Source: the human T2T-CHM13v2.0 reference genome, Homo sapiens
Direction: 5' to 3' (one strand)
NCBI RefSeq assembly: GCF_009914755.1
Contig: NC_060926.1
DNA length: 64,000 nt
The notes below the pieces were generated by a model that did not search any database, was not told where the DNA came from, and saw only the letters and a program-made list of their open reading frames with translations. A program made the translations under genes and the position numbers. Positions 36,731 to 51,000 of this stretch are shown here, one piece after another; the first letter of the stretch is position 1; every line of letters starts with the position of its first letter.

Positions 36731-38289
36731 ATGCAATGGTGCCTCTAAACCAAGAGATGGGCCAGTCAACTTAATGAATTTACACACAACACTCTCAAAT
36801 TTTCCAAAACATATAAATCTGAGGCTGTTCTCCCCAGCATCACAGATAATTTCTTGTACCCTTTTAGATCGACAGTGGAAATATTTTTCTCTCCGCCCAT
36901 ATATTGAGATGCACTTCTCACTCATGGTTTCATCCTCCAACCCCCAACATATGGAGATTTCCTCATTTATGTGCTAATCTTTCTGAAAATTTAGAATGCA
37001 ATATATAAAAATAAACCTACTACATCACCCTGGTTATACGTTTACACATGCACACACACAACACAAACCTCCTTCTCTTCTTTTAGGCTGTGTGTGCTAT
37101 AACCTTCTCAAATATCAATGTCAATGTCATAATCATTTAGACTTAAAATCTTGTCTTCAGCTTTGACATTTATCATTGCTTGCTGAAATGTGATCAATTC
37201 CTCCCCCATGATATTTCTAAATGCACCTCTTTTTTCTAGCCTCATGAAAACCCCACCACATCAGCGGCTCATTACCACTGACATAAATTGCTATTATAAC
37301 ATCACTTCATTCCTCTTAAGAATTCTCATTCTAATCTACTTTTGACACTAGTTGCAGAATATGCTTCCCAACACACAGTCTTGTTTATGTCTCTCTGCTG
37401 CCCAATAAACATGCTTTGGTTACTAAATAATACCTGAGCACCTTTGTCTTGGCATTCAAGGCTGTTTATGATTTAGCCCAAACCAAAACATCAAGTAAAT
37501 TCCTATTTCCCATCATGTTTCATTTATTAACTGTGCATCCTTGAGAAAGTAATTTTAGTACCATGAGTCTCAATTTCATCATCCATTGATTTTACATATA
37601 TATATAATATACATAATTCCATATATATAATATATATAATACCTAAAATGCTGCTGATAATAAAATGATAGCATGCAACATTACATGATTACTTGGAAAA
37701 TCAAGTAAGATAAATTATACACAAGCTTTTCGTGAACTGTAAAACTATTTACAAATGTTAAAGAACTCTAAGTTTGGAAGAGCTTTTTCGCATATGGTGC
37801 ACATTCAAATCTTTCTCATCACAGCTCTCATGCTACCTCTTCCATGAAGTCTTCCCTGAACCACCCAATTCCTAATAATTTCTTCATCTCTGATCTCCCC
37901 TAGCTAATCTTCATTTACAATATCTATCACAATCTACATTACTTCAATTGTTACTATGCATGTTTCATTCCCCCTGCTAGATTGGAGGAAAGTTGAGGAC
38001 ATGCGCCTCACAGCAACATCTTTCAAAGTGCACACCAGAGGGCTTTTCCCAATGTAGGTGCTTAGGAAATGTTTAGAAATACCCGAATAAATGCACATAG
38101 TTTTATTCATATGTGTACTTGACTATAAACTCAACGAATATAGAATTTGTCTATCTCGTTCACCAATAAATACCCAGTACTTCGCGGTTCAAACTATGTA
38201 ATAGGTTGAATGAGTTATCCTAAGCAAAAACAGATTGGCAAGAAGATTTGAAGGGAAAGAAAGGAGCTATGAGCATTTGCGATGCGCCA

Positions 38290-38785
38290 TGTGGCTGTTT
38301 TAAAACATGTCAACAAGTTTCTGACACTCCTCCAATCAACGGGTAAACAAAGTCTCTTCCCTGTCTCCTTGAAAATGGGTGGGTCTTAATCCAGTCTATC
38401 ATTGTTGGACATTTATACACCATGGAATACTATGCAGCCATAAAAAATGATGAGTTCATGTCCTTTGTAGGGACATGGATGAAGCTGGAAACCATCATTC
38501 TCAGCAAACTATCGCAAGGACAAAAAACCAAACACTGCATGTTATCACTCATAGGTGAGAACTGAACAATGAGAACACTTGGACACAGGAAGGGGAACAT
38601 CACACACCAGGGCCTGTTGTGGGGTGGGGGGAGGGGGAGGGGGGAGGGATAGCATTAGGAGCTATACCTAATGTAAATGACGAGTTAATGAGTGCAGCAC
38701 ACCAACATGGTGCATGTATACATATGTAACAAACCTGCACGTTATGCGCATGTACCCTAGAACTTAAAGTATAATAAAAAAAAAG

Positions 38786-38816
<31 letters not shown>

Positions 38817-39325
38817 GAAAATGGGTGGGTCTTAGTGACCTTCTTCTAACAAATAGAATGTGTCTTTCCAAGCTATATTGTGCAACACAACACAGCTTAT
38901 GCCTTCCCATCCCCCCATCCCCGAAGTGTCTGTGTCTGTGTGTGTGAGAGTATGTGGGCACACACAAGAACATGGATAGTTTTCTTGCAATTCTCCTCAT
39001 TGAAATAAAGGCATTGTGTTGAGAACAAATTCTATACACAGAGTTTATAGTCAAGTACACATCTGACTCAGAACACATGGAGAGGCCAAATAGGTGTTCC
39101 AACCACAGCCATAGCTGAGGACCCAGCTGACAGACAGCATCCACCTCCAGACACATGAATGAGTGAGCATGCAGATGATTCTAGCCCACCCTTTGATGCT
39201 GAGGGGAGTAGAGGAAAGCTGTCTTCACTGAGTCTTTCCCAAATTGCAAATTCATGAGCAAAGTAAATTTTGCTGTTTCTTTAAGCAACTAAGTTTTGGA
39301 ATGGTTTCTTACATAAAAATAGACA
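38290..39325 (+). mobile_element. MLT1 (G/H-like) LTR, fragmented by insertions
   Basis: 5' tgtggctgttttaaaacatgtc...gacactcctcc. 3' ctttaagcaactaagttttggaatggtt...aatagaca. Confidence 0.6.
38389..38816 (+). mobile_element. L1PA4-like 3' end with a 26-bp 5' inversion
   Basis: Perfect 18-bp TSD gaaaatgggtgggtctta (38371-38388, 38817-38834). Antisense piece at 38389-38414, sense 3'UTR from 38415, tail converted to (TA)n. Confidence 0.95.
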
Positions 39326-40879
39326 GCAAAAACAGATATGTGTGTGTTTCCCCCTCAAAACATAGTATATAACATATATATTTATACATAATATATACAT
39401 AACATATATGAATATATATACATATATATATTTGTTTGATAGCTTCAAAACAAGCTATCAAGGAATGGTCTCGCATCAACCTTTTATAGAAAGAGTAGAA
39501 AACTGAGGCCCTGAGAAAGTAAGAAAAACTGCCCAAGGCCTTATAGTTTGTAAATAACTGAGTTACACACACACACACACACACACTAGCTCAAGTCTTA
39601 GTCAACTTAAGGTCAAAGTCTATACATTTTCTTCTCCATCACTGCTTTCTCCCCAGTTCTTTAGAAAACGCACCTTCCTATAACCATTGTACCTTCTCTC
39701 AAATTTACAAGGGGGAAAAAAACCCAGCCATTTAATAGATATATGCATTTAATGATAAAAGTCACCATTTCTTTTTTAACTAGAGCACCTCATCTCTTCT
39801 ATGTTCATAAAGCAACCATGTCCTTAGGCAATTATCAGTAAAAGACTCTCAGCACATCAAAAGCCCTCCAAAGTGTTTCACATTCCCTAGGAATTCATGT
39901 CCTTAATTAGATGAAACACACTTACATTTTAGTCACTGTTTCTAATATTTAAAATTAGAAATTATATATATGTTTTTGTGTGTATATGTGTATGAATAAC
40001 TTGCTTCACAGTTTCATAACTTACATCTGTAAAAACACCAGAGGACACATGCAATTGGAAATATTTTATTAGAAATGAGCTGATAGAATCTGTTTAGTTG
40101 AAATTTGGAGACTGTATGTCAACAGGTATCGCAGAAGACTCATGAATGAATTTTTCATATTTATACACCGTGAGTCCTTTCTTTCAAGTAGTCATATATC
40201 TTGACCTTCTTTATTTTTTATCTCCCCACGTGGAGCTGACTACCATAATAATAAACCTTAAAAGGTCAAAATTGTAGCATCTATCAGTTCATCAAATTTT
40301 TAAAATTTCTCATGCCACTCTTTCATATTTGAGGGTCAGTACTCCAACTCTACTGCAAAAACTAGAAGTCCTAGGTTTGGAGGAAAAGGGATACTTCAAG
40401 CCAATTTGCATTATGAATGAAAATGTACAAGTTAAATAAAGGTCTCTCCTCCTCCGCAAAGTATGATCTAATACATGAATAAAAATGGACAAGGAATTTG
40501 TAACATTTACTTAAGATCACATTGTTCTGACAGGCTTTAAAAACTGCCTCTTGTTGAACTTCAGAGACATGCAAAACTCTTAAGTATTTTCAATTATGGT
40601 CCATGTGAATGTAGTAATGGATATCCTGGTATAGAAACTTTCATTTCCGTGGCCCTCAAACATCAATATCATGCTCCAGAATGATAGGTGGAGGTCACTA
40701 ATAAGACAAAGCAGAACAAGAAAGCCTGCAATAAACCAGTACTTTATTAAGAAAATAATAAAAGCTAACAGGTACTAGACACATAATAAGTAAAAAGTGC
40801 AGTGTATGTAATTCCACACTGCCTGGAACATATCACCTGCTTAATCCAAAAGACAAACCTATTGTATAAGGGATATTAT

Positions 40880-41030
40880 TGTGGCAGAGAATTCCAAATA
40901 GTCATTCTCCCCTTCTTCCTCTCCTTTAGTAATAGAACACCCAAAATTTAGCAGAGCACATGGTCATCCAGAAAAGAGCTGGATTTTCTAATCTCCCTGG
41001 TTTAACCATGTGGCTAAGTTCTAGCCAATG
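40880..41030 (+). mobile_element. MLT1J/K-like LTR 5' fragment
   Basis: tgtggcagag...cattctccccttcttcc...ccatgtggctaagttctagccaatgg. Confidence 0.6.
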
Positions 41031-41115
41031 GGATGGATGATTGGATGGATGGATGGATGGATAGACAGACAGAGAGACAGACAGAAACAGACAGATAGAT
41101 TAGATAGATAAACAG
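41031..41115. repeat. Compound (GGAT)n/(GACA)n/(GATA)n microsatellite
   Basis: Direct observation. Confidence 0.9.
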
Positions 41116-41439
41116 ATGCTAAAATGATAAAGCAATTGCAGTAAAATGTTAACATTTGGAAATTTGAATGAAGAGCATATGGGAATTCTTTGTACTGCTT
41201 TTCTAACCTTTTCAAAGTCTGAAATAATATCAAATAAGAAAGTTTTAGAACAAATAAATAAAAGAAACCTGCCAAGTATAAGTCAGTCACTTTTAAAAGT
41301 TAGGTGCAAGTTGACTATTGGAATCATTAAAAATAGTGGCCCTAACATTACATAAACAATGTATATAACCTTCAAGGAGTTAACAGACTAGGAAACAGAA
41401 TAAAACAAAATAACATATGATTAAAAGTATCTCTTAGCT

Positions 41440-41672
41440 GGTGGTTAAAAAAATTGGGCTTTAGAGCCAGAGTGCCAGGTTTGAATTCCAGCTCCATCTT
41501 TTATCACCTGCGTAAATCTATAAATCAGGAAAGTTACCTAATGTCTCTGTGCCTCAGTTACATCAATGATAAAGTAGGCATCAAAACGGTCTACCACATG
41601 GATTTGTTGTGAACAAGAAATTAGTTAATATCATTTCAAACATATAAGTGTTGGATAAATATTAGCTATTAT
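41440..41672 (+). mobile_element. MIR
   Basis: gggctttagagccagag...ggtttgaattccagctcc...aagttacctaatgtctctgtgcctcagtt. Confidence 0.85.
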
Positions 41673-42299
41673 ACTGATAAGGTGTACAAAAGGTAAGGAA
41701 GGGAAGACTGTGTCTATCTGTGGAGGCAAAAATACTTTCTTTTCACAAATTCATTAAACTGAAATGAGAGGAAGGCACACGATCAGAATTTATAGTGAAT
41801 AGCAAAGTCTGTGTTGCAAGTGTAACAGAATTGCAAATGTAGCAGCAGATGTTTGAAACAGAATATCTCAACTAAGAGTACTTGAGACATTTTGAGATGT
41901 AGTCCCTGAAATTATCTTGCAAAGTAAATATGCATTATCAACCAAGATAGTTTTGGTCTCTTCTCCCAGGGAAATGGATTCGTTTGAGAAATAATGCTTT
42001 ATTTTTTAGCTGTACCATTTATTTTTCTATCAAACCGTTTCAAGCTGATATACATTTAGCTTTACTTCATGTCATGTATTTGAAAAAAAAGATTTGAAAA
42101 ATCAAGATTTTTAAAATATATGACATGTAGTAAAGCTAAGATTAGATTAGATAATGGTGATCACCCCTTCTACTGATGACTGTTCAATGATTATCTTATA
42201 AAGGGTATAATTTTTGGTTCAGTCATCAGCAGATGAAATTCCTCAGATAGTTTCTCAATTGTGTTAGTCATTAGCCCACCCTCTGCAATATCCTCCTCC

Positions 42300-42745
42300 T
42301 CTTTTTTCTTACTACCTGCTCAAGGTGATAGATCCTGATTGGACTAAGCCAATCACAGCCATCTGGTCAACAATTTATCAGTTTTCCTTGAAATTAGTCT
42401 TGGGCATGTGACCTATCTCTGGCAAATGAGACTTATGGAGATGTGGCTGGGAAATGTTTCCTTTCCTAAAAAAAAAAAAAAAAGAAGAAGGCTCTAACAT
42501 ATTCCCCTTCTACCTTCTTTCTATCTTGAATACATACGTGGTGTTTGGACTGAAAGACATTTTTTGGGACCAAAAAGTAACAAATATAAAGAAAAAGTAA
42601 AAAGATTCTTGCCCTTCCACCATCAAGGCACTAAATCAAAGAGAGTAGTCATCTACTTCCTGGCTTCTTGTTATGTAACAAATATAAGACGCAATTCTTT
42701 TAAGACACTATAAGCTGGGTGGTTACTTAGAGCAGAATGAATTTC
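42300..42745 (+). mobile_element. MLT1K/L-like LTR remnant
   Basis: ctgattggactaagccaatca...gggcatgtgacctatctctggcaaatgagac...cttcttgttatgtaac. Confidence 0.5.
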
Positions 42746-45700
42746 TAATGGGCACAACAGCCAATTTAGGATCTTAGATAATATTGATCTCCATTGTTTT
42801 AATAGTAAAACTTGCTCATCATGAAGCAGTAAATCAAGGAACTCTTTCAATATCAAAAATTTCAGGTAGAAATGATACCAAAATGTATAAGAAATGAGTC
42901 CCAAGCTTTAAATAACTCTTCTAGCCTTGTGGATAAGAATTTAATAAATATTGAGCAAAGAACTTTAGTGCTGCAGTATTTGGAGTCATAATAAAAAGTA
43001 GAGGTTAATTTTTACAATGTCAAAAGCAGCTTGTGATTAGTATAAAATGTAAATGTTAAACTACAGAATTTTTGAGTCCTCTAATAGCACCCAATTCCTT
43101 AATCAGTTTGTACCTGATGATCGGTTATCCCCCCATAATAAATTACTGGTAAGTAATAAGAAATCAGAGGCTTTTTGGTTAATTGTACCAAAGCCAAATC
43201 AAAAAAGTTGAGAGAACAAGCAGCAGTAAGATACAGTGGTCCATGTTCACTACAAATTGGAACGTAGGCTTTGAAAGCTCTGAAAACTTTTCTAAGGTCA
43301 AAGGCAAGCACTGTTTAACTTCCAAATCCAGGGAAGAATTTTTCTTCAAGAGGCAGTAAAATGAATTAATATCACTTGCCATTTGTAAAGCCAAAACATG
43401 ATAAAGATTGCATATTTCCAGAATGCTTAATCTATTTTTAATAAATGTATATTACAGATTACATGAATTATATCTTAGGGAAGCTAGCAGCTAGCTTCTT
43501 TGATTCGATTCAATCTTTAAAAAATAACATTGCAAATTCTAATTTTGCTTTGATTTTTCTAAATAAAGTATTAATGTGTCAAAAGAACATCAAATTTCTG
43601 AAGTATTTCCCCATTTGCCTTCTGCTAATTTCATAGTCAGAATATCACAGATATAGGCCATAGACTTGGCATCAAAAGCAGTGGAATCAGATGTCATAAT
43701 TGGCCTCAAAGCATGTCTAGATTTCAACAACAGTTCAATGGAGAACAGTAGGAAGAAAAGGCTGAGGCTAGGTTTCAAACTAATGGCTGTAAGTATCCAG
43801 CTTCCCAATTCACAAACAACCTGGCCCTTTCAGCTCTGATTTTGATGGGTATAAATGTGTAAAGGGTATAAGCTAATGGGTTGGCACATGACAATAGACT
43901 CTGACAAAGTAATGCAAACTCAGGTAGGAATGACTATCTTGTTGCCAGAGTAAGGGAGTCAGTTGATTTGAATTGAAATAGTAACCCAAAATTAGTTGGA
44001 GCCATAAAGACCTGGTCTCCTCTCACAGAGAAAAAGGTCTAGGGAGACAGGCCGGGCCCCAGCCAAAGGATTCTGAAGAGTCCTGCAGATGCCTAGCTAT
44101 AGAAAGTAGGTAAATTATAGGGCTAGTAAGAAAAGGATTTGGCTTACTAAATATACTGATGATCAGGAGTGACTGGATGATAGTTTCAGGGCAGCAAAAC
44201 TAAATGCAAACCCTACACTGACACCTAACGGGTTGCAATGTGTGGCTAAGGTCAGCTGAGGGAATGCACCGAGTTATGTCTGCAGATAGAAGAACTTAAT
44301 AATCATAACCTGTGCAAGGCTGGAACAGGTAGTAACTGCCATTCTGAATGAAGGCACTTAACTAAAAATGTTCTTCAGTGAATGATGATGGCCTGTGCCT
44401 CATCGGGATTTATGGGTAATAAGATATTATGATAAGCAAAGTCAAGTTTTACAAGCTGTGAGATGAGAACTGACTGTAAATTCCTACCATAGATTCAGCA
44501 GAAGTGTTTCAAACACATTGTGTGATGTCTTATCCTACCATTAAAGGTGAGTTTCTGCACAAATAGTATATGGACTATACTATTTGTGTATAGTGGCTGG
44601 ATGAAAAACACCTCACTTCGTTAAATATCTTAGAACATCTTCATCCACTGCCCACCAAAATTTTAAAAATTCCTAGTTGATTTTGAAATCACCGAATCCA
44701 ATTGCAATTATATTATCTCTCCTTCATATGCTTCTGTTTCTTTGGTGAACATTTTAATAACATTTTATACATTTCTGTTAACTGGCTATTCTAATAGTAT
44801 AAATCCCAAGAACCATTTTAAGTTCTTTCTGAAAAGCACTTTGCTTTCCTTGAACTGTTTGTCTTGTCTTCTATTCAAACAAGGGACCTGTTTGGAAATA
44901 AAATGATTCACAAGCCAGTTCCTGGAGTATTAACTGGGTAATCACTATGATTAGCCTCAACCACTCTGACAAAAACAAACAAATAACTTGTACACAAATA
45001 CTATATTGAAAATATACCTTTACCAATAATTGATATATTACTGCCTGAATTTACTTACTAGATTATATTTCAGATATTGAGCCTTTGTTAAGAACTGTTG
45101 TAGATATTGCAATGTCTTAGGGTATTTTACCAGGCGAGTGCATATCCAGTTGATTTACAAGATATCCATATCCAGCTGCTATATGCGTTTCTTAGGATTC
45201 CTTTTATTGCAAGTGATAGAAACCCAGTGAAAACTAGTCTGAGCCACCCCCACCAAAAAAAATAAAATGATTGGTTATGAAAATGATCAAAATAGCAGCA
45301 GATGTGGCTGCATTTAATTTGAAATTTGGTCCCTTATTTTCCAGGTTACAAAGTAAAGTATTTTTATTTTTTAAGATCATAAATCTTAAGGTTGGCTGAT
45401 CCAGAAAAAACCACTCTAATATAAAGCCTGCCAATAAGGTAATTCTACAAGTTAACTCCTTTGATAATTTTTTGAGATGCCATAATTGAGAAGCTGCATT
45501 AGTATGATGATTTTCCAATATCCATACAGAAAAATGTTATATTATCCTGTTGTTTATACTAAAAGATCAGGATCGTTATATCTCTATTGTGGGCAATTTC
45601 CTTAAACATCCTCTTTTGCATGTAACATTGTTTGCTTTGCATTTATTTATATGAAATAATCTTTCCTAACCCTGAAATTTTGATTTCATTGGACTTGAAC

Positions 45701-45861
45701 ATACATTCTCACCTTTTCCTTCATCTTTCTAAGTGGCTTTTAAAAGTAGGTCTCTTACATTCTGTGTAGAGATGGGTTTCACTTTTTTTCTTTGTTTTGT
45801 TTTTAACAAATCTAGTCGTCTGCTTTCTTCCTGTTGTTTCTTAAATTAGGCAACTTTATTT

Positions 45862-46136
<275 letters not shown>

Positions 46137-46549
46137 TAACTTTATTTTCTTTATAGTTGAATTGACATTGTTATTCTGACATAATTTTGGATTTACTTGT
46201 TATTTCATATTTGTAGCTTGTATTTTTAAACATTAGGTGTGTGTTGTCATTGTTGTTTCATTTTATTTTGTTGTCTGTTTGTTTTGATCCAGAAAAGTAC
46301 TTTTTCTTTGACACTTGGTAATTTGAAAAGTGAAATATTTCTTCCCTTTTCACCCATTTCCCACTAGTGTTTTAGTTAACTCCTCTGGAATTTTCATGCC
46401 AGGACATCTTTATCAAAATATTATTGTATTACCCACCCAGTATATGCCCCCACTCGATTTCATTCCTTACCTTTCTTTATAGTTTTATCATATACACATA
46501 TGTAAGTGTGCAAGCACACTGACACATAAATATGCTTTCTTAATCCACT

Positions 46550-47488
46550 ATTTGATTTTGGCTGTTTTAGGATTCATATAATGCAATCATTCCATATGTA
46601 TCATTTTAAGATTCCTTTCTCAAAATCATGCTTTAGAGATTCATCCAGATTGATGTGTGCAGCTGCAGTTCATTAATTTCCACTGCAGTAGAGAATGCTA
46701 CTGTAGGAAGACAGCACAAATTGTGTAATCATTTAACTGGGTCTGGATATTCTTGTACATATGCAAATCTCCTGGTAGTGGTTACTGTATAAAAGTTTCT
46801 CCGGTGTGCATAATATGCATAGTTATGAGTTATTTTGATAATCAAAGGGGTATAGTCATGGTCATCTTTATAAGATAAATGCACTATGTTCCCAAAAGTA
46901 TTGTTCCAATTTTTAAACCCAGTAACAATATGTGAGTGCCCCCATTGCTCCACATTCTTGGTAGCAAGTGACACTATCAAGCACTTTAATTGTTACCATT
47001 ACAGGGAGTATGAAATGAAATATCTCACTGTGGTTTTCAATTGTGTTTCCTTTATATTGTGTAAGCTTAAGAATATTTTCGTGTCTGTTGACCATCATTT
47101 TGTCCCTGTGTAAAATGGTCATTCAGGTCTTTTACTCATTTTTTAAAAGGTATTTTAAAAGGGACTATTTTTCTTACTGATTGATAGCTGATCTGTATAT
47201 ATTCAGGGCACTAACTTTGTGTTAGTTTAATATACTTACATGTCTTCTTTATGAATTGCCTGGTCACTATTTTATGATGTCTTTGATAAACATAAATTCT
47301 TCATTTTAATCTAGATGAATTAATTAATTTTCCCTATACAATTATACTTTTTGAGACTTATTTAAGAAATCCTTCACTATCCAAGGTCATGAAGATATTC
47401 TCTTATCAATTAAAAGTTGTAAAGCTTTGTCATTGACATTAAAGTTCAGTTCATCTGGAATTGTGTGTGTGTGTGTGTGTGTGTGTGT

Positions 47489-47537
<49 letters not shown>

Positions 47538-47650
47538 GCTACAGATCCATTTAAATATTTTTTTCAAAATGAATAATCAATTTTCCTGGCAGTGTTGACT
47601 GAATTCTTCATGCTTTCCCTATGGGTCTCCAGTGCTAGCTGTGTCATAAA
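46550..47650 (-). mobile_element. Ancient L1M (L1ME-like) remnant
   Basis: gagattcatccagattgatgtgtgcagctgcagttcattaattttc and aaatatctcactgtggttttcaattgtgtttcc are typical of antisense L1M. Boundaries approximate. Confidence 0.65.
47462..47533. repeat. (GT)n(GA)n compound microsatellite
   Basis: Direct observation. Confidence 0.95.
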
Positions 47651-47659
47651 TGAAGCCAT

Positions 47660-48035
47660 TGACATGGTTGGGCTTTGTGTCCCCACCCAAATCTCATCTT
47701 GAACTGTAATCCCCAAGTGTTGAGGGAGAGACCTACTGGGAAGAGAAAGGTTTATGGGAGTTGTTTCCCCCATGCTGTTCTCATGATAGTGAGTGAATTA
47801 TCAGGAGATCTGATGGTTTCATAGATGGAAGTTTTCCCTGCACCCTCACACACTACTCTCTCCTGCCACCATGTGAGAAGGTCCAAGCTGTCTTCCCCTT
47901 CACCTTCGCCATGATTGTAAGTTTCCTGAGGCGTCCCCCATCATGTGAAATTATGAGTCAATTAAACCTCTTTCCTTTATAAGTTACCCAGTCTCAGATA
48001 GTATCTTTATAGCAGTGTCAAAAGACACTAACACA
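47660..48035 (+). mobile_element. MSTA-like solo LTR
   Basis: tgacatggttgggctttgtgtccccacccaaatctcatcttgaactgtaatcccc...gacactaacaca. 5-bp TSD gccat / gccac. Confidence 0.9.
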
Positions 48036-48285
48036 GCCACCATGTATTTGTGATCCTGTTTCAAAGTTCACTATTTTTGCCATTCAATTTATATATCATT
48101 GCACAGATACTTATTGTCTTCATTACTATATTTGTATTATAAGTCGATATGTAAAAGACCAACTCCTCCCCAGATTCTTTTTCTTCAGGAATGACTTTGT
48201 TACTTGAGGTCATTTTTACTCAGGTCTTCTTTAATGACTTTCAGTAACAATTAATCTTATTACTTTCTACATAAAAGTCATTTTA

Positions 48286-48590
48286 TTTTATTTTACTTTA
48301 TTTTTTTGAGACAGGGTCTCATTCTGTTGCCCAAGCTGGAGTATAGGAGCATCATCTCAGCTCACTACAACCTCTGCCTCCTGGGTTCAAGGGATCCTCC
48401 TACCTCAGCCTCCCAAGTAGCTGGGACCACAGACACGTGCCACTACACCCAGATAATTTTTGGTATTTTTGGTAGAGACAGGGTTTTGCTATATTTTCCA
48501 GGCTGGTCTTGAACTCCTGTCTTCAAGTAATCTGCCCATCTCAGCCTCCCAAAGTACTGGGATTACAGGCCTGAGCCACCACACCTTGCC
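48286..48590 (-). mobile_element. AluJ
   Basis: gagacagggtctc and gatcctcctacctcagcc. 16-bp TSD cataaaagtcatttta. Confidence 0.93.
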
Positions 48591-48679
48591 CATAAAAGTC
48601 ATTTTAAACCTTACTTTTTGTTATTTTACTAATGTAAATAATATGCTTTTAAATTAATATATTGATGACCTATTTTTGA

Positions 48680-51000
48680 GAAACAACCCATGTCAAAACT
48701 CAGTAGCTTAGAAACAACAATGTTTTATTCCTCTTGATTCTAGCATCTGGGCTGGGTGGTTTCTTTGCTAGAAACTGACAAAGACACAGGGTATCTGCTA
48801 GGACTAGACGGTACAAGACATCTTCTTCACCCATATGACTGTTGTCTCTGCAGGAACGGAAGCAACAACTGGGAGATGGATAAGTGTGTCCCCCTCTTAT
48901 GCAGCTTTCCCATGTCGCATGCTTGTGTTTGCACACAGCATGATGGCCTCAGCATAGCTGGACCTCTTACTTGGTGACTGCTTCCAAGAGAAAGGAAGTA
49001 GAAGCCCCCTAGTCCCTTAAAGGATCCTGGAATTGGCACAGCATAACTATTGCCCTGATATGTTGGACAAATTCAGTCATAAGTACATCCCAGTTTCAAG
49101 GGAAAGAGAAATAGACTCTACTTCTTGATGGGAGGAGTGACATACACAAATAAGAAGAGAAGGAATTGATGACGGCCTTGGGCCACAACAACTCACATTA
49201 CTGCCAACTGCTAACTAGACTCACCCTCATTTGGGACCCCCATATTTTATCTCCCTATGGTATCAGATGCAGATTTGAAATCCGATATGTTGTCACCTAA
49301 ACATGGACTATTTGGGGGAGGAGATGATTCTACAGGTCTTCAGGAGTAGAGAACTGTGAACTAAAAATATATATTATCTGCCCCCTAAACACCCAACAAA
49401 TAATGGTGAGGCAAAAACAGAATAAAAACATTAGACCTTTCTGCGCATAAAGTAAAAAAAGAAACACATATAGCAATTTTACTGTTTCAGAACAATTCTG
49501 AAACATAACCAATCATATACTCCCAGTTCTCTCTGCTCCAAGAACAAGAAATGTTTCTGGACTTGGCCCTGGTTCTGCTCTCTTGAGATATTTATGGCTT
49601 GGGGCTCTGCCCTCTGAGTCATCCTTCCTTTCCCATGCAAATATTCCATGTTTGCTGCTGAATAGATTTGTCACTCTGCCTACTGCTTACATAAGGTTGG
49701 GAGCCATAAAACTGCTTTTCATTTTAGTATCATCTCTCTCTTTTTATTCTATTTTGCAATGCTGTCCTCAATACAATTTTCTTAAAAGCTTGGTGGATTT
49801 CCTATGAATTTTATTTCAGTTGGCTCCATTAGAGAAAAGTTTCACCCACAGATACTGTCTAGGCAAAATGCTCCCTTCAAGTCAGAGTGCTGTGGGGCAA
49901 CACACTTAAAGTTCTTAGAAGCCTTTTTGTCTGACTTAGAAGGTGTTTGAGGCACTTACTCCAATCTTCGAAATGTTTTCAGAAAGGATCTCATAGCTAT
50001 GCAACTGATTTGATTTTAACACTAAGGTAAATATTTTACTGACAATTCCCTGCACTTGTTCTTTCCCTTGAGGCCATTTCTTACTCTGGGGGCATTTTGT
50101 CAGCTGAAGAAGCTGGTAATGAGAAACAGTTTAATTTTTAAAACTAGCAAATCTAATCTAAGAAGATTAGATTTTTTTCCCTAACATCTGGTATAAACTG
50201 AGCAGCTTCTTTACTATTTTGTCTCTCTTCATGTATCTATCATAGACAGCTTCCAACATTCTGCTAGAAATCTTAGACAAACCCACAGTCCATTAGATTC
50301 ACTTTCTTTCTTCCATGTAGTTGTAGGCAATGGTGCTGCCAGCATTCCACCACTATGTTAACATGGATAGTCTTTTTCACCAGCCTCCAGTAACAATTTC
50401 CTCACTGCCTTTTATGCTTTCTTCCACTCACTGCTCAGTAACAAAGCCAGTATCACATTTTAGGTTTCTGTTACGGCCACACCCTACATGTAGGTACTGC
50501 ATTCCATTACAGTTATCTATTGTTGCGTAACATACTACCCCAAAATGTAGTGGCTTAAAACACAGATATATAATTTTTTAATGATTCTCTAATTTGGATT
50601 TGGCTCAGCTAGACAGTTCCTCCACCTTATAAGTTATCTTCCAGAGCAAATGTCCAAGATGGCTGCTTCCCTTAGCTTGTGCCTCAGCAGGGATGGATGG
50701 AATAGTGGGGATGTCACTAGGCATCCTCTCTCTCTCTCCCTCGCCATGTGGGTAGATTGTGCTTCCTCATAGCATGATGTCGTCACAGTCGTTTGACTTT
50801 TTACATGGTGGCCAGCTTCTAAGAGTGAAAAAGAACGAGCTGCCGGTCCTCTTAAATGCCAGGTCTGGAATCCACACACCATCACTGCTACCACATTCTA
50901 TTGCAAGGACAGGCAAGACTCAAAGGAATGGGAAATAGATTTCAGTTTTTAAAGTGAGGAGTAGCGTGCATATTGATGGTGACCACACTTGGAAACTAAC
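48680..51000 (-). mobile_element. MLT1 (H/I/J-like) element with two LTRs and an internal remnant
   Basis: LTR-like segments at ~48680-49195 and ~50505-51000 (agttatctattgttgcgtaacatactaccccaaaatgtagtggcttaaaac). A ggtac LTR/internal junction lies at ~50495. Confidence 0.55.
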
